A DNA stretch of 64,000 nt from Acidimicrobiales bacterium (GCA_035569695.1 DATMMO010000182.1:3284-67283), one strand, 5' to 3'; shown: positions 45,753-55,035, numbered from the stretch's first letter. Numbers and translations: made by a program. Notes: generated by a model not told the origin, from the sequence alone.

Positions 45753-47530
45753 GACGGGACCGAGGCTTGCCCGGCGAGCTGGGATCGCAGCAGGCCGGTG
45801 GCGGCCTCGTCGACTTCCAGATCCATGCCCTCGACCGAACCGGTGATGACCACGCCGTAATCGCGCCGGGCGCCGTCGATGGAGACATATTCGTCCCAGG
45901 CATCGTCCAACACCTTGGCCGGGTCCCGCTCGAGTGGATCGCCCCAACCGCCACCGCCTCCGAAGTCATAGACGAGCTGATCGCCGGTTTCCAGCAGGTG
46001 TCCGGTCACCGACGGTGACACCACCACAGCGCGCTCGGTTCCCGGGCTCAGCGCACAGGCATCCGGGCTGCCATGGCGACCGCCGGCGATGCCGGGATGG
46101 ATGTGGCGCTGGTTGACGACGTATTGGTTGATGGAGGTCGGGGTGCGCACCTCCTTGACGAAATGGCTCCCGCACCCACCACGGAACATGCCCGGGCCAC
46201 CGGAATCGGTGATGAAGTTGCGACTGCGGATGATATGCGGGAACAGGTGCTCGTTGAATTCGGCCTCGGCCTTGATCAGGTTGCCCATGGCCGCGGCGTG
46301 GGCTCCCCATCCATCGACCCCCCGCACCGCATTCACCCAACCGGCGCTGACTTCACCACCGTGGTCGAAGAAGGGGCGGCCGGATCGGGGATCGACGTCG
46401 CCGTACATCTGCCGGGGGCTTCCGAACTTGTACGTCTGGGGTGCGCAGCGTTCGGGAATGATCTGCGACATGGCCACGGCGATGGCATCGCCCACTTCGA
46501 CCCCAGGGTGATGGGTGCCACTGCTCACCGGTTTGCCCTCGACCGGGTTCAGGCAGCACCCGAGAGGCACGCGCAGCTCGACGCAGTCGAAGAACCCCTC
46601 GTTCTTGGGGATCGAGGGGTCGACCATGCTGGCCAACTGGGCGATGGCGTTACCCCGGGTATTGCCGAAGGTGGACCAGGCGGCAATGTGGGGACGCTCG
46701 TCGGAACCGGCGAAGTCGATGATCAGACGGTCGTCATCGACGGTGACGGCCACATGGACGTGGATGTCCTGGTTCCCCTGGGGATCGCTGTCGACGTACA
46801 CGTCGGCCTCGTAGGTGCCGTCGGGCCAACCGGCGATCTCACTCGAGAATCGTCGGTGGGCGTCCTCGATGGTGTAGTCGACGGCAGACGTGACCGCGTC
46901 GACGCCATAGCGGTCGACGATCTCCCCCAGACGCCGGGCCCCGAGCTGGGCCGCGCCCACCTGAGCCCGGAGATCGCCGATGAACCCGGGCAAGCGGTTG
47001 TTGGCCCGCATGGTGAGGACCACATCGCGCCGCTCGTGGCCGGCGTCGATGATCTTGAGCAGGGGGTAGCGCGTGCCCTCGGAGTAGATGTCCTTGGCCA
47101 TGGTGTTGTACCCACCGGCCACCGCTCCCCCGGTGTCACCGTGATGACACTGGATGGAGGCGATGAGCAACAGCTCTCCCTCGTCGGAGAACACCGGCGA
47201 GAACACGTTGAAGTCGGGAAGGTGGCCGCCCCCGTGATACGGGTCGTTGGCCACGATGACGTCACCGGGACGCAGTTCGTCGCCGAAGAAGTCGATGCTG
47301 AAGCGCACCGGAAGGGTCGAGCTCAACATGAACTGGGGAATGCCCACCGACAGGGCCGAGAGACGACCCTGGGCATCCAGGATGGTGGCGTTGCGCTCGT
47401 TGCTCTGGTTGAGGATGGGAGTGGTCGCCGTCCGGGAGACAAAGGTGGCCATCTCGAAGCAGACCGTCTCCATGGCCGAACGAATGACCTCCGGTGTGAC
47501 CAGGTCGACCTCGGGCACCGTCACCGTCAT
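45749..47530 (-). CDS. Hydantoinase B/oxoprolinase family protein
   Basis: VIVANDPYHGGGHLPDFNVFSPVF signature. ATG 47530 has a GAGAGGG Shine-Dalgarno, with GTG 47539 as an alternative. It lies only a few nt from the upstream P450 stop. Confidence 0.9.
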   Translation of the reverse strand: MTVTVPEVDLVTPEVIRSAMETVCFEMATFVSRTATTPILNQSNERNATILDAQGRLSALSVGIPQFMLSSTLPVRFSIDFFGDELRPGDVIVANDPYHGGGHLPDFNVFSPVFSDEGELLLIASIQCHHGDTGGAVAGGYNTMAKDIYSEGTRYPLLKIIDAGHERRDVVLTMRANNRLPGFIGDLRAQVGAAQLGARRLGEIVDRYGVDAVTSAVDYTIEDAHRRFSSEIAGWPDGTYEADVYVDSDPQGNQDIHVHVAVTVDDDRLIIDFAGSDERPHIAAWSTFGNTRGNAIAQLASMVDPSIPKNEGFFDCVELRVPLGCCLNPVEGKPVSSGTHHPGVEVGDAIAVAMSQIIPERCAPQTYKFGSPRQMYGDVDPRSGRPFFDHGGEVSAGWVNAVRGVDGWGAHAAAMGNLIKAEAEFNEHLFPHIIRSRNFITDSGGPGMFRGGCGSHFVKEVRTPTSINQYVVNQRHIHPGIAGGRHGSPDACALSPGTERAVVVSPSVTGHLLETGDQLVYDFGGGGGWGDPLERDPAKVLDDAWDEYVSIDGARRDYGVVITGSVEGMDLEVDEAATGLLRSQLAGQASVPS

Positions 47531-47543
47531 GGCCTGCACCCTC

Positions 47544-48809
47544 TCAGACCGCAGCCGTGAATTCCAGGTGCAGGCTGGTCAGGCCCTGGAGGAAGTAGGT
47601 GGGGATGTAGTCGTACCGCCGCGCGCTAGCCGGACCGTGCTCCGACTCGGAGATCCTGATGTCGGACACGCGATCGAGGAAGCGCTCGAGGGTGACCCGA
47701 GCCTCGGCCCGGGCCAGCGGGGCCCCGGCGCAGGTGTGGATACCGTGACCGAAGGCCACGTGCTGGCGGGCGTTGGCCCGGTCCACCCGGAACTCGGCCG
47801 GACACTCGAACTGCCGGGGATCGTGGTTCGCTCCACCGGCAGCCACGAAGGCCGTCGTCCCCGCCGGGATGTCGACCCCACCCACCGTGGACGGGATGCG
47901 CGACAACCGGAAGGAGCCCTGTATCGGGCTCTCGATCCGCAGGGTCTCCTCGATGAAGTTCGGGATCCGTTGGCGCTCGTCTCGGAGCAACTGCTGGAGA
48001 TCGGGGCGCTCCCCCAGCAGCCGAAGGGATGCGGTGAGGAGCCGCACGGTGGTCTCCTGACCGGCGGCAAACAGGTTGGCCGCGATCAGGGCCACGTCGT
48101 GGACCGGGGGTGTCGAGCCGTCGGGGAAGTTGGCCGTGGCCAGGCTGGTCATCACGTCGCCCTGCTGATTGCTCCGCCGATCCTCGATGTACTCGGTGAA
48201 CTGTTCGTAGAGGTACTCGAGCGGTCGGTGGTCTTGGCCCCCCATGGGCTGGTCGGCCGGTTTGGTCATGCGGTTCCGGAACTTGTCGAAGTCGGCCTCG
48301 GGGACGCCCAGGAGATCGGCGATGACCAGGAGCGTGTAGGGGCTGGCGTACTCGCGTACGAACTCACACTTGCCGTTGGCCAAGAACTCGTCGATCTGGC
48401 GATCGGCCAGCCCCCACATGAACTCCTCGTTCTCCTTCATCCGCTTGGGCGTGATCAGGCGCATGAGCAACCCGCGCTGCTCGGTGTGCTTGGGCGGATC
48501 GAACGAGGGCAGCTGATCGCTGAAGGGGAGCTCATCGCGGTGCCGATCGATGAGATCGCCGACGTCGTCCCCCTCCAGGGGAACGGGAAAGCCCGGGCCG
48601 GCCACCGTGTTGCAGTTTGACCAGGTGACCTGGTCGGTGTACACCGCCACCGCCTCGTCCAAACCGGTCACCATGACCACATCATGATGGGGCTCGCGCT
48701 GCACGGGGCACTGGGCCCGGATGTGGTCGTAGTACGGGTAGGGGTTCACGAAGAGCGACTTGTCCCGGAAGAAATCCGTGGCCTCCACGTACGCATCGGT
48801 GTCGGTCAT
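47544..48809 (-). CDS. Cytochrome P450
   Basis: AGQETT (I-helix), ETLRIESP (ExxR), FGHGIHTCAGAPLA (Cys-heme loop). GTG 48830 is an alternative start. Confidence 0.9.
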   Translation of the reverse strand: MTDTDAYVEATDFFRDKSLFVNPYPYYDHIRAQCPVQREPHHDVVMVTGLDEAVAVYTDQVTWSNCNTVAGPGFPVPLEGDDVGDLIDRHRDELPFSDQLPSFDPPKHTEQRGLLMRLITPKRMKENEEFMWGLADRQIDEFLANGKCEFVREYASPYTLLVIADLLGVPEADFDKFRNRMTKPADQPMGGQDHRPLEYLYEQFTEYIEDRRSNQQGDVMTSLATANFPDGSTPPVHDVALIAANLFAAGQETTVRLLTASLRLLGERPDLQQLLRDERQRIPNFIEETLRIESPIQGSFRLSRIPSTVGGVDIPAGTTAFVAAGGANHDPRQFECPAEFRVDRANARQHVAFGHGIHTCAGAPLARAEARVTLERFLDRVSDIRISESEHGPASARRYDYIPTYFLQGLTSLHLEFTAAV

Positions 48810-48887
48810 AAACACGCCCCCTTCGGCCACTACGCTCCGGTGATCATCTCTGGAGCAAATCCCCAGCCCTTATTTCAGGTCCGCTGG

Positions 48888-48923
48888 TACAATTTGACTT
48901 CGATGTCAGAAACCAAACTATAA
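48888..48923 (+). promoter_or_regulatory. AT-rich promoter islet: extended -10-like TGgTACAAT, then G-ATG-TCA-GAA micro-ORF (MSETKL*)
   Basis: Read directly. Also contains the imperfect inverted repeat TTGACttcgatGTCAG (48894-48909). It lies between the divergent P450 operon and the ferredoxin operon. Confidence 0.3.
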
Positions 48924-49042
48924 CGGGAGCGGGGCCGATGCCGCCACCGGACCATGCGGCTGTCCGTCTCCCGATTGAGGCGCCTGAGATTCGCCGGTGA
49001 GGTCGGTGGCGTCGTGTGACAGCCGGAAGGAAACGGTGACCT

Positions 49043-49291
49043 ATGGCCACGAGATCAGGAGACCAGGCTTCGGGGGACGCACCCGAAGTGGCGATCGACC
49101 GGGATGCCTGTATGGGGTCGGGCAACTGCGTGTTCTGGGCGCCCGAAGTCTTCGACCTCGACGACGAGGGCGTGGCCGCGGTCCGTGGCCCGATCACCGG
49201 ACACGAGGACGAGGTGCGGTTGGCGGCCAAGAATTGCCCCACGTCGGCGATCCGCGTCGATGGCGTCCTCCTCCCCTCCTCATCGGACTAG
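49043..49291 (+). CDS. Ferredoxin (3Fe-4S type, P450 redox-partner-like)
   Basis: IDRDACMGSGNCVFWAPEVF...NCPTSAIRV. Confidence 0.85.
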   Translation: MATRSGDQASGDAPEVAIDRDACMGSGNCVFWAPEVFDLDDEGVAAVRGPITGHEDEVRLAAKNCPTSAIRVDGVLLPSSSD

Positions 49292-49378
49292 ACCATTCCT
49301 GCACCAGAAGGAAACAATCACAACGGGTACGACCGATCGTTGGCCTGGCATTCGGGCCGGCTTCACCGGAGGGACTGC

Positions 49379-49834
49379 ATGGCCACGTACAACCACACCG
49401 GACAGGTCGTCTCCGACCTGGAGCGCTCGAAGACCTTCTACACCGAGGTGCTCGGGTTCGAGTTCTGGTACGAGATCACCCCACCCGACGAGGCGACGGC
49501 CAAGCTCAACTGCCTCCCTCCCCCGTTGGGGGTGACCGCCTCCTACCTCACCCGTGACGGCTTCGTACTCGAGCTGATGCACTATTCGGCGCCCGAGGCG
49601 GCCGTACCCTATCGGCCCCGCACCATGAACGAGCCGGGGCTCACCCACCTCTCGATCTCGGTCGACGACATTCGGGCCACGGCCGAGAAGGCGGTCGAGT
49701 ACGGCGGGGACATCATCGAAGAGAGCGACCTGGGCCTGGCCCTCTTCATCCGGGATCCCGACGGCCAGCTCCTCGAACTGCTGCCCGAGTCCTACCGCGG
49801 TAGCCTGCCGCCGAAGCCGGGATCGGAGCGGTGA
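49379..49834 (+). CDS. VOC family protein
   Basis: YNHTGQVVSDLERSKTFYTEVLGFE...GLTHLSISVDDI...FIRDPDGQLLEL. Confidence 0.75.
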   Translation: MATYNHTGQVVSDLERSKTFYTEVLGFEFWYEITPPDEATAKLNCLPPPLGVTASYLTRDGFVLELMHYSAPEAAVPYRPRTMNEPGLTHLSISVDDIRATAEKAVEYGGDIIEESDLGLALFIRDPDGQLLELLPESYRGSLPPKPGSER

Positions 49835-49858
49835 GCACCGCCGGTCGGAGGTAAACCA

Positions 49859-50908
49859 ATGGACCTTTCTTACAGCGACGAGCAGCGGGACCTGCGCGAG
49901 AGCCTGGCCACCTTCTTCTCGAAGGAATCCACGCCCGAACGGGTGCGTGCGGCCGAGCCCAGCGGCTTCGACCCGGGGCTGTGGGCGAAGATGGCGGCCA
50001 TGGGCCTGCCCTCGATGGCCGTGGCTCAGGACCTGGGCGGCGGCGGGGGATCATTGCTCGATCTGGTGCTCACTGCCGAAGAGTTCGGGCGGCGGATTCC
50101 CCCCGCCCCGCTGATCGAGTCGGCGGTGGCCACCAACCTGCTGGCCCGAGTGCAAGGAGCCGGGGCCTCGGAGGCGGCCCGTGAGCTCCTGGCCGAAGCG
50201 GTGGCCGGCGACTCCCTGGTCAGCGTGGCCCTCGAACCCCTTCGCTCGGGCGTGGCCAAGCTGGCGCCGGCGGGGGCCGTAGCCGACGCCGTGCTGGCCC
50301 TGGACGGAGACGACCTGGTGGCCTTCCGATCCGAGGTCAGCCCGCGCTCCCCCCTCGAGGTGCCGGCCAATCTGGGGACCTCGCCCCTGGCCAATCGGGG
50401 CGCGGGCATTGACGAAGGGGTCGTCCTGGCTTCGGGGCCCGAGGCCCGAGCCGCCTACGACCGGGCTCGCCAGGAGTGGCAGGTCCTGATGGCTGCGGCC
50501 CTGGTGGGCCTGGCCCAGACGGCCCTGGACATGGGATCGGCCTACGCACGACAACGTCAGGCCTTCGGGGTGCTCATCGCCTGGTTCCAGACGGTCCAAC
50601 ACCGGCTGGCCGACGCCGTCACCGACCTCGAGGGGGCACGCCTGCTGACCTACGAGGCGGGCTGGTCCGCTGATGAAGGACTGGCGAACGCCCCGGCCCT
50701 TGCCGCCATGGCCTTCCGGTTCACGTCGGAGGTGGCCTTCCGGATCGCGGCTGAGAGCCTGCACGTCCACGGTGGCTACGGATACACGCTGGAGTACGAC
50801 ATCCAGCTCTATTTCAGACGGGCCAAGGCCTGGCCCCTGGCCTCTGGGGACCCGCGTGTGGGCTACCAGGAGCTGGCCAGCCAATTGTTCGAGCGCAAGG
50901 AGCACTGA
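49859..50908 (+). CDS. Acyl-CoA dehydrogenase family protein lacking the canonical C-terminal catalytic-Glu motif
   Basis: ACAD-like throughout (...HGGYGYTLEYDIQLYFRRAK...). Where ..YEGTSEIQ.. is expected it reads AWPLASGDPRVGYQ. Confidence 0.8.
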   Translation: MDLSYSDEQRDLRESLATFFSKESTPERVRAAEPSGFDPGLWAKMAAMGLPSMAVAQDLGGGGGSLLDLVLTAEEFGRRIPPAPLIESAVATNLLARVQGAGASEAARELLAEAVAGDSLVSVALEPLRSGVAKLAPAGAVADAVLALDGDDLVAFRSEVSPRSPLEVPANLGTSPLANRGAGIDEGVVLASGPEARAAYDRARQEWQVLMAAALVGLAQTALDMGSAYARQRQAFGVLIAWFQTVQHRLADAVTDLEGARLLTYEAGWSADEGLANAPALAAMAFRFTSEVAFRIAAESLHVHGGYGYTLEYDIQLYFRRAKAWPLASGDPRVGYQELASQLFERKEH

Positions 50909-50921
50909 GGTGGACTTCGTC

Positions 50922-52088
50922 ATGGAGGACGATCTGGCCGAGCACCGACGGGCCGCGCAGGAGTGGCTGGCCGAACACGTCCGTCCGGAGTGGGCCGATG
51001 AGCAGTACTGGAGCGGGACCCATCACACCGATGCGCTCCACCAGCAGTTGGCCCGTGATGGGATCCTGGGCGCGGGCTGGCCGGCCGAGTACGGAGGAAG
51101 CGACACCAACCCGGACTTCGCCCGAGCCGTCCTGGATGCCGTAGCCGGTGCCGGCCTCTACGCCGACGGTTGGGCCACCACCAACATGGTGATCCGGACC
51201 ATCCAACACGTCGGAACCGAGGATCAGAAAAGGACCCTCATCGCCGGTGCCTTGCGCGGCGAGATCCTCATCGCGCTGGGCTATTCGGAACCCGACTCCG
51301 GCTCGGACGTGGCCGCGGCCAAGACCCGGGCCGTCAAAGACGGTGAGCAATGGGTGATCGACGGCCAGAAGATGTTCACCAGCACAGCTCAATCGTGCAC
51401 GCACGTGTTCGTCCTGGCCCGCACCAACACCGAGGTGCCCAAGCACAAGGGTTTGACCATGTTCCTGGTGCCGACGGACGCAGCGGGCTTCGAGTTGCAA
51501 CCCGTCTACACCCTCGGCGGTCAACGGACCAACGCCACCTTCTACTCCGATCTCCGGATACCTGACTCGCTGCGGATCGGAGGCATCGACGAGGGCTGGC
51601 GGGTGATGCGGGTCGCCCTCGTCTACGAACGAGGCGGCGGCGGCGGCGGGTCCGCGGGGCCGACCCTGGCCGAGAAGGCCGCCGCCTGGGCCATGTCGAC
51701 AGAGCGGGCCGACGGGAACACCTACTACGACGACCCGGTGAACCGGGAGCGCTTGGCCAAGATGGCGGTCGAACAGGAGGTAGGACGCCTCCTCGGGCTG
51801 CGGGTCCGCTGGATGAACTCCATCGGCGAGCTTCCCGGGATCGAGGGTTCGATGTCCAAGCTGTTCAACAGCGAGGCGAGCCAACGCCACTACGGCGAGC
51901 TGGTCGACATGCTGGGATCAGCGGGTGTTCTGCAACCAGGAGCGGCCGGAGCCCCGCTCGACGGCGATCTCGAGGCCCATTTCCGCTCGACCGTGGTATC
52001 GACCATCTACGGCGGGGCCAGCGAGATCCAGCGGGACATCATCGCCCAGGGACGCCTGGGGCTTCCGAGGAATCGGCCCCAGAGCTGA
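50922..52088 (+). CDS. Acyl-CoA dehydrogenase
   Basis: GYSEPDSGSDVAA..., KMFTS, and C-terminal IYGGASEIQRDIIA with the Glu retained. It starts 14 nt after the preceding ACAD gene. Confidence 0.85.
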   Translation: MEDDLAEHRRAAQEWLAEHVRPEWADEQYWSGTHHTDALHQQLARDGILGAGWPAEYGGSDTNPDFARAVLDAVAGAGLYADGWATTNMVIRTIQHVGTEDQKRTLIAGALRGEILIALGYSEPDSGSDVAAAKTRAVKDGEQWVIDGQKMFTSTAQSCTHVFVLARTNTEVPKHKGLTMFLVPTDAAGFELQPVYTLGGQRTNATFYSDLRIPDSLRIGGIDEGWRVMRVALVYERGGGGGGSAGPTLAEKAAAWAMSTERADGNTYYDDPVNRERLAKMAVEQEVGRLLGLRVRWMNSIGELPGIEGSMSKLFNSEASQRHYGELVDMLGSAGVLQPGAAGAPLDGDLEAHFRSTVVSTIYGGASEIQRDIIAQGRLGLPRNRPQS

Positions 52089-52143
52089 TCGGGGCCGGGT
52101 GCGGCTGCCCATGGTCGAGGGGCGGGACCGGTGGGTCAGTCGC

Positions 52144-53010
52144 TCAGAACCGGCTGATGATCTGCTGGCCGTAGCGCTGCAGCGACGGCCCAGGGTCGGC
52201 GCCGAACAGGGCCGAGGGCACGAGCACTCGGGAGGCTCCCAGTGATCGAAGAGACTCCACGTCGGCCACGGCCTCCTCCCCGGTAGTAACCGAGCTGTCC
52301 ATCGTCACCTCGATGGCAGAGGGGTCCCGGCCCGCCTCTTCGGCACTCCCGCGCACAATGTCCAACAGCCGCGGCACCTCGGCACGATCGACGCCGTAGG
52401 GGAAGTACCCATCGCCCACCCGGCCGGCCCGGCGAGCGGCCGCCTCGCTGTGGCCCCCGATGTGCACCGGGATAGACCCGTTGGCCGGCTTGGGTCGGAG
52501 AAAGCAATCGCGAAAGCTGGTCGTCTCCCCTTCGAAGCTGGCCTGCTCCCCGGTCCACAGGGCCCGCATGGCTGCGATCGCCTCCTCGGTGCGCGGCCCC
52601 CGACCCTCGAAGGGGACGCCCAGGGCCTCGAACTCCTCGCGGAGCCAACCCACACCGGCCCCGAGGACCACTCGGCCCCCGGAGAGGTGGTCCAGCGTAG
52701 CCAGCTGGTTGGCCAACACCACCGGATTTCGTTGGGGCACGATGAGGATGCCGGTCCCCAGCCGGACGGTCGAGGTGGCATGGGCCACGTACGCCAGCCA
52801 GATCAGCGGATCGGGAAAGGCCGAGTCCTCGGGCCCTATCCGCCCCGACGGATCGTAGGGGTACCGGGACCGGTAGCCGGCCGGAACCACCACGTGGTCG
52901 ACGGTCCAGATCGACTCGAAGCCGGAGGACTCGGCCGCTCGGGCCAGGAGCGCGCCCTCCTTGGGCCCGGCGAACGGGCCGATGTTGGCAAAGGCCACCC
53001 CGAATTCCAT
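52144..53010 (-). CDS. LLM-class F420-dependent-type oxidoreductase
   Basis: MEFGVAFANIGPFA...ESIWTVDHVVVP...LGAGVGWLREEFEALGVPFEGRG. ATG 53034 is an alternative start. Confidence 0.8.
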   Translation of the reverse strand: MEFGVAFANIGPFAGPKEGALLARAAESSGFESIWTVDHVVVPAGYRSRYPYDPSGRIGPEDSAFPDPLIWLAYVAHATSTVRLGTGILIVPQRNPVVLANQLATLDHLSGGRVVLGAGVGWLREEFEALGVPFEGRGPRTEEAIAAMRALWTGEQASFEGETTSFRDCFLRPKPANGSIPVHIGGHSEAAARRAGRVGDGYFPYGVDRAEVPRLLDIVRGSAEEAGRDPSAIEVTMDSSVTTGEEAVADVESLRSLGASRVLVPSALFGADPGPSLQRYGQQIISRF

Positions 53011-53021
53011 AATTTTTAAGG

Positions 53022-53031
53022 CTGACGTCAA
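53022..53031. promoter_or_regulatory. CTGACGTCAA, containing the perfect palindrome TGACGTCA, in an AT-rich divergent promoter region
   Basis: Read directly. It lies between the LLM gene (-) and the TetR gene (+), next to CATAATTTTTAA. Confidence 0.25.
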
Positions 53032-53161
53032 CATCGAGCCCCGTCAAGCCCGTCCCGAGGGCTCCTTCCCGGGGTGGATCGACGGGCGCCCAGGCAGCGG
53101 CAGCTACATTTGCACGCGAGCCTGGAAGGACCTGGGCTCCGGGAGAGGGTCGAATACAGCC

Positions 53162-53848
53162 ATGGCTGAGCAGGTCAGTGATTCAAATGGCGATCGGAAG
53201 CGCTCACGCAAGGGTGTCCTGACCCGGGCGCGGCTCATCGAGGCAGCCAAGGAGGTCTTCGAGGCCGACGGCTTCCTCGATGCCCGGATCTCCGACATCA
53301 CCGAACGAGCCGGGCTCTCCTACGGAGCGTTCTACCACTACTTCGACTCCAAAGAGGAGGTCTTCCGCGAGGTGGCGGCCCGGGTCGACGAGCGCCTCAG
53401 CGCACCATTGGACAGCATCATCCTGGCCCCCTCGTCGGACCTGCCTCCCGAGCAACGCATCCGGGAATCCCTTACTCGCCATCTCACCAGTTATCGCTCC
53501 GAGGCCCGGATCATGGGGGTCATCGAGCAGGTCTCGCGCTACGACGAAGAGGTGGCGGCCATGCGGTTCGCCCGTCACCAGGAATACAACAAGCGGATCG
53601 GCGACTCCATCCGGCAATTGCAACGACACGGCATGGCCGACGAGCAACTCCAGCCCCAAATAGTGGCGGCCATACTGGGCGGCATGACCCAGCGGTTCGC
53701 CGAGATGTGGCTCGTGCAGGGCATCGTGAAGCTCACGTTCAACGACGCCGTCGAGCAGCTCACCTTGGTCTTCGTGAACGCACTCGGCTTGCCGAAGCCG
53801 GCTGCCTCTTCACGCAAAAAGAGGGCGACCACCCGTTCGACAGCCTGA
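53162..53848 (+). CDS. TetR family transcriptional regulator, paralog of 33345-34103, with a short basic tail
   Basis: LIEAAKEVFEADGFLDARISDITERAGLSYGAFYHYFDSKEEVF. Tail LPKPAASSRKKRATTRSTA. Confidence 0.85.
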   Translation: MAEQVSDSNGDRKRSRKGVLTRARLIEAAKEVFEADGFLDARISDITERAGLSYGAFYHYFDSKEEVFREVAARVDERLSAPLDSIILAPSSDLPPEQRIRESLTRHLTSYRSEARIMGVIEQVSRYDEEVAAMRFARHQEYNKRIGDSIRQLQRHGMADEQLQPQIVAAILGGMTQRFAEMWLVQGIVKLTFNDAVEQLTLVFVNALGLPKPAASSRKKRATTRSTA

Positions 53849-53862
53849 TCAGCCGGTCAGGT

Positions 53863-53892
53863 TGATCAATCGAAGGCTGATCAATCGAAGGC
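53863..53892. repeat. Perfect 15-bp tandem duplication (TGATCAATCGAAGGC x2) spanning the stop codon of the 53881-55035 gene
   Basis: Read directly. On the coding strand, GCC TTC GAT TGA TCA is repeated, so the last three codons plus the stop occur twice. Confidence 0.9.
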
Positions 53893-55035
53893 GATGACCC
53901 CTCTGATGTTCACCCCGTCGAGCATGTCCTGGTAGCCCTGGTTGATCTGGTCGAGTCGGTACGTCCTGGTGATCAACTCGTCCAGCATGAGCTGCCCGGA
54001 CTTGTACAGGTCCAACAGGTTGGGGATGTCGAAACGGGGGTTGGCAGCACCGAAGACCACGCCGCGCACCTCCTTTTGCCACATGGCCAGCTCGAAGAGG
54101 TTGATGCTGCACTCGGTCTGCGACTGGGGGGCCACACCGGTGACGACACAGGTTCCGCCCTTGCCGGTGAGGGTGAGGGCATTGGCCATGAGGTCGCCGA
54201 ACATCACGCTGGGCATCAGGATGACGGCATCGGCCATCTGACCCCGGGTGAGCTCGGTGACCAGGGGTATCGCCTCATCCATGGACCCGAGCGCATGCGT
54301 GGCCCCGAAGTCGAGGGCCGACTTCTGCTTGAACTCGACCGGGTCCACGGCCACGATGTGCTTGGCCCCGGCCATACGGGCACCCTGGACGGCGTTGATG
54401 CCGACGCCGCCGATGCCGACCACGACGACGGTCTCCCCCGGCATGACCTCGGCCCGGTACACCGCCGAACCCCACCCGGTCGTCACCCCGCACGAGACCA
54501 GGGCCACCACGTTCAGCGGGAGGTCGGGCTCCACCTTCACCAGCGAGGCCTCATGCACCACGCTGTGCTCGGCGAACGTACCCACTTTGGCCATGACGTT
54601 GAGGTCCTGGCCGTTCAGGTGGTAGCGGGAGGTGCCATCGGAGATCTGGCCCGGGGCGAAGGTTGCCGCGCCCAGGTCGCAGAGATTCGAGTGGCCGGTG
54701 GTGCACATCCGGCACCGGCCGCAGATGGGGAAGAAGCTGGCGGCGACGTGGTCGCCGGGCTCGACGCTGCGTACCCCGGGGCCGACTTCAAGGACGACGC
54801 CTCCCCCTTCATGGCCGCCCACCATGGGGAACAATCGGGGCTCCGGCTGTTCGGGCACCTCCACTGGTTCCCCACTGGCGCCGATGTCCCGCGTCCGGAG
54901 ATGCTGGTCGGAATGGCACAGGCCGGCGGCGGCCCACTTGACCAGGACCTCCTGTTCCTTGGGCGGATCCAGGTCGATCTCTTCGATCTGCCAGTCCTGC
55001 CTCCGTCCGTACAGGATTGCCGCGTGCGTCTTCAT
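53881..55035 (-). CDS. Zinc-dependent alcohol dehydrogenase, class III / NDMA-dependent-ADH-like
   Basis: GLCHSDQH...GGHEGGGVV...CGRCRMCTTGHSNLC...VVGIGGVGINAV. ATG 55035. Confidence 0.8.
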   Translation of the reverse strand: MKTHAAILYGRRQDWQIEEIDLDPPKEQEVLVKWAAAGLCHSDQHLRTRDIGASGEPVEVPEQPEPRLFPMVGGHEGGGVVLEVGPGVRSVEPGDHVAASFFPICGRCRMCTTGHSNLCDLGAATFAPGQISDGTSRYHLNGQDLNVMAKVGTFAEHSVVHEASLVKVEPDLPLNVVALVSCGVTTGWGSAVYRAEVMPGETVVVVGIGGVGINAVQGARMAGAKHIVAVDPVEFKQKSALDFGATHALGSMDEAIPLVTELTRGQMADAVILMPSVMFGDLMANALTLTGKGGTCVVTGVAPQSQTECSINLFELAMWQKEVRGVVFGAANPRFDIPNLLDLYKSGQLMLDELITRTYRLDQINQGYQDMLDGVNIRGVIAFD

